From: Scyliorhinus canicula
Lineage: Eukaryota
DNA length: 64,000 nucleotides
NCBI RefSeq assembly: GCF_902713615.1
Contig: NC_052148.1
Location: 202,565,294-202,629,293, forward strand
Reading direction: 5' to 3'
The notes under the pieces: generated by a model
Seen by the model: only the letters and a program-made list of their open reading frames with translations
The model's database searches: none
Told to the model about the DNA's origin: nothing
Shown here: one piece after another, positions 51,071 through 62,384 of the stretch
Numbering within the stretch: the first letter of the stretch is position 1
Layout: every line of letters begins with the position of its first letter
Position numbers and translations under genes: made by a program

Positions 51071-51287
51071 ATAAATTTAGAGTACCCAATTCATTTTCTC
51101 CAATTAGGGGGCAATTTAGCGTGGCCAATTCACCTCACCTGCACATCTTTGGGTTGTGGGGGAAAAATCCATGCAAACACGGGGAGAACGTTCAAACTCC
51201 ACACGGACAGTGACCCAAAGCCGGGATCAAACCTGGGACCTCGGGGCTGTGAGACAGCAGTGTTACCACTGCGCCACCATGCTGCCC
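51071..51287 (-). mobile_element. Short A-tailed V-SINE (type 3) in the L1
   Basis: Matches the family. Confidence 0.88.
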
Positions 51288-52571
51288 TTCACCTGCGTAC
51301 ACACGAAAACCTCCTCCCGCGGGATCCCAAACTTCTCCCCCAACTCTTCCAAATTTGCAAACCGCTCTTCTAGAAATAGGTCCTTCATTTTCATCACCCC
51401 TCATTCCTCCCATCCCTGAAACCGAGCATCCATCTTCACTGGCTCAAATCCATGGTTCCCTCAGATCGGCCCCACCCCGACCTAAAGTGCTGCCAAAATT
51501 GCCTCCATATTTTCAATGTGGTTACCATCACCGGACTTCCCAAAAACTTTGCTGGCGCAAACGGGAGCGGTGCCAATGCTAGAACCCGCAACCCCAATCC
51601 TTATAAGAGCCTGCCTCCATCCTCGCCCACTATGCCTCTGGATCCCTGCTCCAGCCCCGCACCTTCTCTTTGTCCACCTTGTGTACCTGCTCCAGTGCCA
51701 CCACCAACTCCCCTGCCCCATTCCAAACCTGAATAATCTCTCTCACAACTGCCTGATGGTTATCTCACCCCTTACTACCACCTTCAACGCTTCCCATACC
51801 ACTGATGGTGAAACCTCCCCGTTCCTATTGAACCCCACACAATCCTCAATCACCTTCCCCATCTTTGCACAAAAATTTGGATCTGCCAACAGCCCCACAT
51901 CCAGTCTCTATGCAGGCCCCTGTACTGGCCCCTTCTCTAGGACACATCCACCCAATGTGTAGCATAGTTCCAGATAAAAATCGCCGAGTATTCTGCTTTC
52001 CTCACCCCAGCTAACAGCGCCTTCCCCATATAAAAAAGTAAATCCTTGAATACACATTGTGTACTGGCAAAAAGAACGAAGACTCCCTGTCCCGCGCATG
52101 TAAAATCCTCCACGGGGCCGTCCCTCTCTCACCCTCCATCTCTCCCATAAACAACAACATCATCTTCGCTCCCCCTGCCCCCCATCCGAGGGGGTCAGAG
52201 AATGTGGCTTGGGCTTATAGATCTTCAGATCCAGCACTGTATTCAAGTCCCCCCCAAAGTATTAACTGGTGCGTACCAAGTTCGGTATGGCAGCCAACTT
52301 CTTCATAAATTCTACGCCATTCCAATTCAAGGCATACAGGATAACCAGCACCACAAACTTCCCCTCCAAAACACACATTACTATCACGTACCAGCCCCCC
52401 GGTCCATCTGAAACCTCACCCTCTTACCTACCAATATCGCTACCCCCGGGCCCTACTATCAAAGCCCGAGGGGAATACCTGACTCACACAGCCCTTCTGA
52501 AGCCTCACCTGGTCCTTCACCCTTGGGTGGGTCTCTTGCAGCAGAACCCAGTCAGCTTTCAAGCTCTTTGA

Positions 52572-52816
52572 TTTTTTAAAAAATTATTTTTTTGAAATAA
52601 ATTTAGAGTACCCAATTATTATTTTTTTTCCAATTAAGGGGCAATTTTAGTGTGGCCAATCTACCTAACCTGCACATCTTTGGGTTGTGGGGGTGAAACC
52701 CACGCAAACACGGGGAGAATGTGCAAACTCCAAATGGACAGTGACCCAGGGCCGGGATTCGGACCCGGGTCCTCAGCGCCGCAGTCCCAGTGCTGTCCAC
52801 TGCCACCGTGCTGCCC
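52572..52816 (-). mobile_element. Short A-tailed V-SINE (type 3) in the L1 endonuclease region
   Basis: 13-bp TSD tcaagctctttga. Confidence 0.93.
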
Positions 52817-55800
52817 TCAAGCTCTTTGAATGCGAGAAAACTCTCGCTCTCTTCACTGGTCCCCCAGCTCTCATACGTTCCACGTTCCCAAACGGATCGG
52901 GGGGTCTCTCAACCCCCCTGCCCCTCCAGTCACTCATAACCACTACTTCTGGCCCTGCCCAACAGGCAGGACTCAGCCCCACCCTCTAGTCACCATCAGG
53001 CACCTACCCCTCCCCTTCCCAGAAACTCCCAGCCACTTCTCAGGCCCATCAAAACCCGTTCATACCAGTTCCAATAACCCTGGCCCCTCCTCCCACCTCG
53101 CTCCCATTCACTAGCCAACTTACATTTGCTAGCAAGATGGCCCCTGCCAGAACCGCCTCCCCCACATGCCCAATATCAAAAACAAAATCAACTCAAAGGC
53201 CCTCCCACATTCCAAATCCCCAATACCATAATCCCTCAAACCAAGGGGAAAAAAAGCCCAACAAATTACCCCAAACTCCCAAACCAATCCCCTCCCAAAC
53301 AAGATCTCAAAGAAGGAAGAAAGATAAAAAGATAAAAACCAACCAAGTCTAAACTCAATTCAGTCCCAGTCCTCAGCTTTCATGAACGCCTCCATCTCCT
53401 CGGCCTTCTTAAAGTAGTAGTCTCTGAAGTGATTTGTGACCTTTAGCTTTGCCAGGTAGACCACCCCAAACCTCACATTGCTTTTATACAAAGCCGACTT
53501 CACCTGACCAAAGGCCGCCCGCCTCTTTGCCAGCTCTGCCGTGAGATCCTGGCATATATGAATACCCATGCCTTCCCACCTCAACTCTCGATTCAGCTTC
53601 ACCCATCTCAACACATTTTCCTTTACCTGGTAGCTGTGAAAGCAGACTATATCAGCTCTTGGTGGTGCATTTGCCATCACTCTCCGCAGCTCCTCACCCA
53701 TCGTCAATGACTCTCCCACCCCCTTCAACACTTCTTGCTCCCGCACCTCCATCGACATATCTGCAAAACCTCCTTTATCGGGGCAAGAGTCTCATCCACC
53801 CACTCCTTGAGTGAGGCCATCATCTCCTCTCGATGCCTGTCCAAGTGCTTGGAAAACAGCCGCATAAACAACCCCGCCATCACTTTGGCCAGTTTATCCA
53901 CTGCAATGGACCCAGCCCCACCCGGTAAGCTCGCTCCCGTCACCTTTCCTCCCACTGAACGTCCCACCAAGCTCGCTGACCGACTATTGCTCGCACCCTT
54001 TCTTCCTGGATACCTTTTCTGGGATTTCAACATCCTTTGGTTGCCACAATCAATCAGATAAAATTCTCCCCAAAATCTGCGTGAAAAGGGCCAAAAAACA
54101 AAAGCTCTAGCAGGAGCCACCCAACGTGTGCCCTCCACCTACACATCGCCACTGGAAGTCTTTCCTGTACACCAATATTCAGTATATTTTTAGATGGAGA
54201 AACGTGGAAGAAATTTTCCTTGTGAGGCAAAAATGGATTGTATAGACTCTGAAATGGAACAAACTGTACAATGTCGATGGTCCAAAAGACCTCTCCCACC
54301 CTATAATGTTTTATTATCTATGCAGTTTTATGAAGAATTGTGAATGCTCAAGTATTATTTCAAAATATCTAACATGTATGGAAAGCATTGTGGAGCACAG
54401 TAAATTCATTTTTAAAATTTCACTGCAATAATCAGATAATTGAATGGGGTAATAATCTCAAGATTCACACAGTAAAAAGATATAATTTATTTCGACCAGA
54501 GATGTACAGAATCCTCCTGCAAGAGGATTTGTCTGCTTTTTTTCACAGCAGACAATTCATTAGTGAGAATACTGAGCGGGCACTTTGTGTTTGTTGAGCT
54601 GGACTGAATCTGTGACTAAGCAGCTGGCAGGCTTCCCACTGAACAATGGCATCTCTTCTGTTCAGCAGTTCACAATGGTTTATTGGCTTATCCAGCATAT
54701 CCCAGTTGTTTTCACCGAGTTTGCTTTGAAAGTCCAAAGGAACAAAGCACCCAGTAACAGTCGAATTGTTCAGCGACACCATCTGCTACGGATAGAATTG
54801 AAGCTTTGGGAAGTGAAACACAGCCCTGTTCTATTTGATTGAACTACGGAGGGATTTTAACTCATTCTGCCTGGGGGAAACTAGACATTACTTGGCGCTA
54901 GCTTTCTACCACCATCTTACTTCCACTGACTTCAAAGGGGCTGAGGCACTTACCTCACTCACGCAGGAGCCTTGTGAATACATTCAAATCGGATTTCAAT
55001 AATGTAAGATAGAAGTCCAGAACCATTTGTGTGGCCTATTGAGCAGAAGCTTTCGCGATGGACACTCCAACCAGCTGGATCTGTCAACCAAAGAGCTGAG
55101 GCCCTCAAAGGTAAGTGGATAAAATATTTTGGCCAGGGGAGCAGGAATGGTGGAAAGATCTTGCAGCATGAAAGCTTTGTGTAGTGGCACCCTTTGCCTC
55201 AATAAGAGGAGCCATCTTTGATCCAGTTGTTGTCTGCAGGTCATTGTGCAGGAGGTGGCCCGACTCTGTGGCCTGTCTTGTGAAATGGGTGTAGCCCAGG
55301 TCTCTTTTATCAGCTTGGATGCAGACTCTGAGACAGTGGCAGATGTGGTCCAAATACCTTGGGGGGGGGGGGGGGGAATTAATTCCATCTGCATTTGTTG
55401 GCTCGTCACAAACTCCCAATCTCAATACTACAGCATGTTCAGAACCTCTAAGGAATACCTCCTTTTGTAAAGTCAAAGCCATCAGAAACTAAGGATAATG
55501 ATCAAACTTATTGTTGGGGTGAAAGCTCTTGTCCCCCAGGGTGTAGTTAAAACTTTGCCAAAACCTTGCTCGAGGTGTATAATTTGGAAGCCTCAACTTT
55601 AACATTATGTTTTAATATTTAATTGCTGGTAGCGTGGCCTCATTAATCTTGCACAAATCATGCTTCATCATATAAGGTGTTCTATAATTGTTCACATGAC
55701 CTCAGCTGGGGTGGCAGTAACATCTATTGTAATCCTGACAGTGGCCATATGCTTGCCTCATTGTCTCGGATTTGGTAATGACAAAACTGTTAACATTTGT

Positions 55801-56472
55801 TATCACTTTTTCACTGAACTTCACAGCAACTTCGGGACCTGAATTCCCTGTTTGTTCACGGCGGTGGGATTCTCCGGTCCTGTTGCAGTGAATGGAGTTC
55901 TGGCTGAATGCCAAATTCTCCATTCTCGCTGGCAGTGATGGCGGGAGAACTCAGATTGGAGAATCCTGGCCTGAGAGTCCTCACATGCACAGCATAATGC
56001 AGAAATCAAGAAGATACTGCTGATGATTCTATGCTTCTCCAGAGGGTGTGTTAACGGGGTTCCTCCTAGTGTGCAATCCCTAAATCAGTGAATTGATGAA
56101 AACTTCCATTAATGCTGTGAGTCTCAATGTACACACTTGTAAAAGTTACAACTTGTTCACTGAGATATAACTGAGTTATTAGTGATGTACTAACTTCATA
56201 ACTACTTATGTACATCCTCACTGGCTCTGAAAGCTAATTTTATATTTGTACAATAACAAATGCGTTCATAATGATTTAAAATTCTGCATTTTAAAAATAT
56301 TTTTGAACAGTTTCTTTTGATATTTTAGTTCCTATCCTAATCCAATCATGATTCATATATTTCAGTGTCACTACAGGAGTACCTCTACAGCTAGTGTCCT
56401 AGGCCCAGAATTATTCAGCTGCTCTCTCATTGAGCTTCCCCTATCGTTGGGTCAGAAGTGGGATGTTCACTG

Positions 56473-56682
56473 AGTGGTAATCACCACTGTTGTACATATT
56501 AGAATATATATGGTAAGACCCTGTACTACAGGTACGGTGGTAGTCCCTGCCTGCTGGCTCCGCCCAGTAGGCGGAGTATAAATATGTGTGTCCTCCGTAC
56601 AGCAGCCATTTCGCCAGCTGCTGTGGGAGGCCACACATCTTAGAGTAATAAAGCCTCAGTTGTATTCAACACTCGTGCATCA
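56473..56682 (+). repeat. 5' LTR of Gypsy B
   Basis: TATAAA at 56577 and AATAAA at 56647. It has an 18-bp U5 deletion relative to the 3' LTR, bounded by tcgt microhomology. Confidence 0.95.
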
Positions 56683-56708
56683 ATTTATTACTCTAAGATT
56701 TTCAGAAG

Positions 56709-59700
56709 ATGGACCTCCACATCAAGCCGAATCGCCTGCAGCGGGATCCGCAATCACGCGACGCCAAAAAGACTTTCAACACTGGCTAGCTTGTTTTGAG
56801 GCGTACATCAGGTCTGCACCAGACCCAATTCCGGAGGCTCAGAAGATCCAGATACTGTACTCGCGCCTGAGCTCCAACGTCTTTTCTCTGATCCAGGATG
56901 AGCCGAACTACGACGAAGCCATGGCGCTACTAAAAGAGAATTACGCCCAGCGGACGAACACACTCTTCACCAGACACGTACTCTCCACTCGCTGTCAGCT
57001 CCCTGGTGAGTCCGTAGAAGATTTCTGGCGCGCTTTGATTCCACTAGTCAGAGACTGTAACTGTCAGACCGTCATGGCCACGGAACATTCCGTGTTCATG
57101 CGGGATGCTTTTGTTACGGGGATAGGGTCAGACCTCATACACCAGTGACTTTTGGAGGGGGCCACGCTCGACCCTCGCAGAAACAAAGAAACTAGCGCTA
57201 TCGATGACAGTCGCCTTGAGCAATATTCAGGCCTACACCCCCAGCCGTGCGGCTCATCCCTCCTACACATCATGGACCCCACAGACAGCTGCCCCATCGG
57301 GCCCTTACCCAGCCAATATGCCTGTGCCACGTGCCAGCCAGCCAACCCTGGGGGGCCCCGATGTTACTTCTGCGGGCAACAGAAACACCCCCGCCAATGC
57401 TGCCTGGCCCACACCACCCTTTGTAAGGCCTGCAGAAGAAAGGGCACTTTGCTACGGTGTGCCAGTCGCCGCTATCATCCCAACCCTCCCCTCGCTTACG
57501 GACAATGGGCCATCTTCACCTCCTCGGACCACGCATGGCCAGTGGGCGCCGCCATCTTCTCCCCCTCAGACCATGCGTGGCCAGTGGGCACTGCCATCTT
57601 CCCCTCCATGGAACATGTGCGGCCCATGGGCGCCGCCATCTTTTTCAACCCCCGCCACGTGCGGCCCGTGGGTGCCACCATCTTGTCCACCCCATGACCT
57701 CTGGGCGCCGCCATCTTGTCTTCCCCACGGCACAGGGGCACCACCATTGTTCCAGGACCCGTGCCCCCCGGGCACCCCATTGTCCGACACCAGCGACGAC
57801 CAGCCACGACACGCCTCGGTCACAATCGACCAGTCTCGCCCGCACAACCTAGCCACCGCCTTGACCAGCATGAAGATCGATGGGCATGTGACCCCTTGCC
57901 TGCTGGACTCCGGGAGCACCAAAAGCTTCATCCACCCAGATACAGTAAGGCACTGCTCCCTCGCGGTACACCCCACCAATCAAAGAATTTCCCTGGCCTC
58001 TGGATCCCACTCCATGGTGATCCCAGGGTACTGTATAGTCACGCTCACGGTCCAGGGCATAGAATTCAGCAGCTTCCGCCTCTATGTCCTCCCCAATCTT
58101 TGCGCTGCCCTGCTACTCAGCCTGGACTTCCAGTGTAACCTCCAGAGCCGAACCTTGAAATTTACTGGGTCCCTCCCACCCCTTACTGTGTGCGGACTCG
58201 CGACCTTAAAGGTCGACCCACCTTCCCTATTTGCAAACCTAACCCCGGATTGCAAACCAGTCGCCACCAGGAGTAGACGGTACAGCACCCAGGACAGGAC
58301 CTTCATCAGGTCCGAGGTCCAGCGTCTGCTTCGGGAAGGCATCATCGAGGCCAGCAACAGCCCCTGGAGAGCCCAAGTGGTAGTTGTTAAAACTGGGGAG
58401 AAACACGGAATGGTTGTTGACTACAGCCAGACCATCAATTGATATACGCAGCTCGACGCGTACCCCCTCCCACGCATATCTGATATGGTGATTAAGATTG
58501 CACAGTACCGGTTCTTCTCAACTGTAGACCTCAAATCCGCCTACCACCAGCTCCCCATCCGTAAGGCGGACCACCCATACACTGCCTTCGAGGCAGATGA
58601 CCGCATCTACCACTTTCTCAGGGTTCCCTTCAGCGTCACCAACGGGGTCTCGGTTTTCCAACGGGAGATGGACCGAATGGTCGACTGGTACAGGCTGCGG
58701 GCCACCTTCCTGTACCTAGACAATGTCACCATCTGCGGCCACGAACAGCAGGACCACGATGCCAACCTTGCAAAATTTCTCCACACCGCCACTCTCCTAA
58801 ACCTCTCCTATAACAAGAAGTGCGTATTCAGCACAAACCGCTCAGCCATCCTCGGCTATGTGGTCCAGAACGGACTTCTGGGGCCCAATCCCGACCGCAA
58901 GTGCCCCTTCATGGAGTTTCCACTCCCCCACTGCCCCAAGGTCCTCAAACGCTGCTTGGGGTTCTTTTCATACTATGCCCAGTGGGTCCCAAACAAGGCC
59001 CGCCCACTCATCCAGTCCACCCTTTTCCCCCTGATGGCCGAGGCTCAACAGGCCTTCAACCGTATTAGAGTCGATATCGCCAAGGCCACGATGCACGCAG
59101 TAGACGAAACACTACCCTTTCAAGTGGAGAGCGACGCATCAGACGTCGCCCTAGCTGCCACGGTCAATCAGGCAGGCAGGCCAGTGGCATTCTTTTCCCA
59201 CACCCTTTATGCCCCCGAAATTCAGCACTCCTCTGTCGAAAAAGAGGCCCAAGCCATCGTTGAAGCTGTGCGGCATTGGAGGCATTACCTGACCGGCAGG
59301 AGATTCACTCTCCTCACTGACCAACGGTCGGTAGCTTTCATGTTTAACAACACACAGCGGGGCAAGATCACAAATTATAATATCTTGAGGTGGAGGATCG
59401 AGCTCTCCACCTACAACTACGAGATTTTGTATCAGCCCGGCAAGCTCAACGAGCCCCCCCGATGCCCTATCCCGAGGTACATGAGCCAGCGCACAAGTAG
59501 ACCGACTCCAGACCCTTCACAACAGCCTTTGTCACCCGGGAGTCACACAGTTGTACCATTTCATAAAGGCCCGCAATCTGCCCTACTCCATCGAGGAAGT
59601 ACGGACAATCACCAGAGACTGCCAGGTCTGTGCGGAGTGCAAGCCGCACTTCTACCGGCCGGACCGTGCGCACCTGGTGAAGGCCTCCCGCCCCTTTGAA

Positions 59701-60588
59701 CGCCTCAGCGTGGATTTCAAAGGGCCCTTCCCCTCCACTGACCGTAACACGTATTTCCTCAGTGTGGTCGATAAGTACTCCAGATTCCCCTTCGCCATCC
59801 CATGCCCCAACATGACGTCTGTAACTATCATCAAAGCCCTCAACACAATCTTCGCTCTGTTCGGCTTCCCCGCCTACATCCACAGTGACAAGAGATCCTC
59901 ATTCATGAGCGATGAGCTGCGTCAGTTCCTGCTCAGCAGGGGTATCGCCTCCAGCAGGACGACCAGCTATAACCCCCGGGAAAACGGGCAGGTAGAGAGG
60001 GAGAATTGGACGGTCTGGAGAGCCATCCAACTGGCCCTACAGTCCAGATATCTCCCAGCCTCCCGCTGGCAGGAGGTCCTCCTGACGCACTGCACTCCAT
60101 TCGGTCACTACTATGCACCGCCACTAACAACACGCCCCATGAACGTCTCTTTGCCTTCCCTAGGAAGTCCACATCTGGGGTGTCGCTCCCAACTTGGCTC
60201 GCAGCTCCAGGACCCATATTCCTCCGTAGGCACGTCTGACTCCACAAGGCGGACCCGTTGGTTGAAAGGGTGCAGTTTCTCCACGCTAACCCCCAGTATG
60301 CCTGCGTGGCGTACTCCGACGGCCGCCTGGATACTGTCTCCCTCAGGGACCTGGCACCAGCAGGTTACACACACACACACACCTCTAGCCCGGCTCTGCC
60401 CCCCTCCCCCGGCGCACCCAGCAGCAACCCCCCCAGGACCATCCATCCTCCCCCTGCCCACGCCGAGGATGAAGAGGATTTTGGCACACTCCCGGAGTCA
60501 CCGAGGACCAGACCAACACCAGAAATGCCGCCACCACTGTGTTGCTCCCAGCGGCACACGAAAGGCCCCGGACCGACTAAATCTATAA
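56709..60588 (+). pseudogene. Gypsy B gag-pol with frameshifts and stops
   Basis: ORF pieces 56588-57148, 57204-58442, 58485-59699 and 59551-60588. Confidence 0.93.
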
Positions 60589-60719
60589 CTGGTTAGGGAC
60601 TATCAAACCACTGGACTTCAAAAGAATTTTTTTTTCTTGTTTCTGTACATTAAACTCAAACTTGCTCTGTATATAGTTCTCCACCACCCCCGCCGAACTC
60701 AATTTTAACAGGGGGTGAG

Positions 60720-60947
60720 TGTGGTAATCACCACTGTTGTCCATATTAGAATGTGTATGGTAAGACCCTGTACTACAGGTCCAGTGGTAGCCCCTGCCTG
60801 CTAGCTCCGCCCAGTAGGCGGTGTATAAATATGTGTGTCCGCCGTACAGCAGCCATTTTGCCAGCTGCTGTGGGAGGCTACACATCTTAGAGTAATAAAG
60901 CCTCAGTTGTATTCAACTCTCGTCTCTGTGCAATTGATCGTGCATCA
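60720..60947 (+). repeat. 3' LTR of Gypsy B
   Basis: TGTGG...CATCA, 228 bp. Confidence 0.95.
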
Positions 60948-61324
60948 CACTGATGATTGCACAATGTTCCGTGTCATTCGCAACTTCCCAAGTGTTTTAC
61001 AGTCCATGCCCACTTCCAGCAAGGCCTGGATAATAACATGGATGTAGTGGATTGCACGAGTTCAAGAAATTGGTTCACCATCACCTTTCCAAGGACAATA
61101 AGGAAAGGGCAACAAATGCTGGCCTAGCCAGCGATGCCCATATCCCAAGAATAAACAAATAAAAAATCCATGAATAACACAAATGGTTCCCAAGCTCTGC
61201 CCAGTAACCTCTGTTCAGCTCACTACCAGGATGTATTCAGGAGATGCCCCGGGAGACTCCTATTAATCCTTTATTTTGTCTCATATTGAATTATTTCCAA
61301 CATTTAAAAAAAGTGTCACAATAA

Positions 61325-62140
61325 CGACAACTAGCTTTTATATGGCACCTTTAACAAAGTTAAATATCTCAAGATGCTTCTCTGGAGCATTCTGACACTG
61401 AGGCACCAAAGGAGATATGAGAATAGGTAGGTCAAATCAGGTAATATTAAGGAGTGTCTTAAAGGAGATTCGAATGGTCGTGATGTGGAGAGATATAGGG
61501 AGGGAATTCCAGAACTTAGAGCAGCTGCAGATACGTCCACGAATGGTTAAGCAACCCATGCTCACTGACCTCTCTTGGCCCCTAGTCTAGAACACATAGA
61601 TTTACATTTCAAATACTTCTTTCCAAATCCTTTAATGGTCTCACTCCTCCCTTTCTCTGAACCTCCTGCAGCCCTACAGCCTACCGAGACATCTGCACTC
61701 CTCTAATCCAATTTCGGATGGGTGTACAGGACTTGGTGTGAGTTAGGATGTGGGGAGCAGAATTTGGGATTAGCTCAGTTTGCAGAACGTGCAAGGTGGA
61801 AGGCCATCCAGGAAAGCATTGGCTAAGAGTTTCATCCGCAGGTTAGCTGAGGTAGCAGTGGAGATGAGATGAGACATATTTTGCAGCTAGAAATAGGTAG
61901 TCTTGGTGATGGTAAGGATATGGAATTAGAGGCTCAGTTCAGGGTCAAGTTGAACAGCAAGGTTGTGAACAATCTGGTTCCACCTGAGGCAGTGACCAGG
62001 TAAAGGAAGGGGTCAGTAGCTAGGGAATGGAATTTGTGGCAAGAGCTGGAGACATGGCTTCAGTATTCCCAGGCTTGAGAGGAAATTTATACTCATCCAA
62101 TATTGAATGTTGGACACGCAGCGTGACAAGTCAGAGGCAG
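61325..62140. mobile_element. L2-type LINE fragments in mixed orientation
   Basis: A minus-strand L2 tail (tttatatggcacctttaac...agggaattccag), a plus fragment (ctcactgacct...cagccctaca) and a minus RT fragment (SNIQYWMSINFL). Confidence 0.6.
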
Positions 62141-62384
62141 TAATATGTATCGAACAAGGAAAATGGTGTGTTTTAAATAATGAATAAGCTCGACACAGAT
62201 TCCTATAGCTTCTATTATGCTTGTACATTGGCTTCCCATCTTTCCCATCATTCTTTCACCTTTTCTCCCTGAAAGTGAATTTCAATGGGTGATTGTCCCC
62301 TTCTGACACTACATTTTAAATGTGTTGGCAGGCTGTTTGACCATGAGAGAAGCACCACAGCCGAGCCTTTCTTACCTCTCGACT

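Larger units (their letters stand above)
50148..54161 (-). mobile_element. L1/Tx1-clade LINE with both ends, internally deleted
   Basis: 5' end gacttccagtggcg; ORF1 (ICQDLTAELAKRRAAF); APE start (GGPVKRARVFSH); ORF2 C-terminus (CERCGQGPAHHVHMFWSCPKL); 15-bp TSD ttcctgtacaccaat. Confidence 0.9.
56473..60947 (+). mobile_element. Full-length Gypsy LTR retrotransposon, copy B (4475 bp, decayed gag-pol)
   Basis: LTRs at 56473-56682 and 60720-60947, TSD CACTG, PPT aacagggggtgag. The gag ATG is at 56709, followed by PR LLDSGST, RT YLDN, RNase H, and IN with HHCC and DFKGP. Confidence 0.97.
56370..61165 (+). mobile_element. Old CR1-group LINE RT remnant split by Gypsy B (56370-56472 and 60948-61165)
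   Basis: The rejoined sequence reads SVLGP..FSC...SEVGMFTDDCTMF, followed by the tail aaatgctggcctagccagcgatgccca. Confidence 0.7.
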
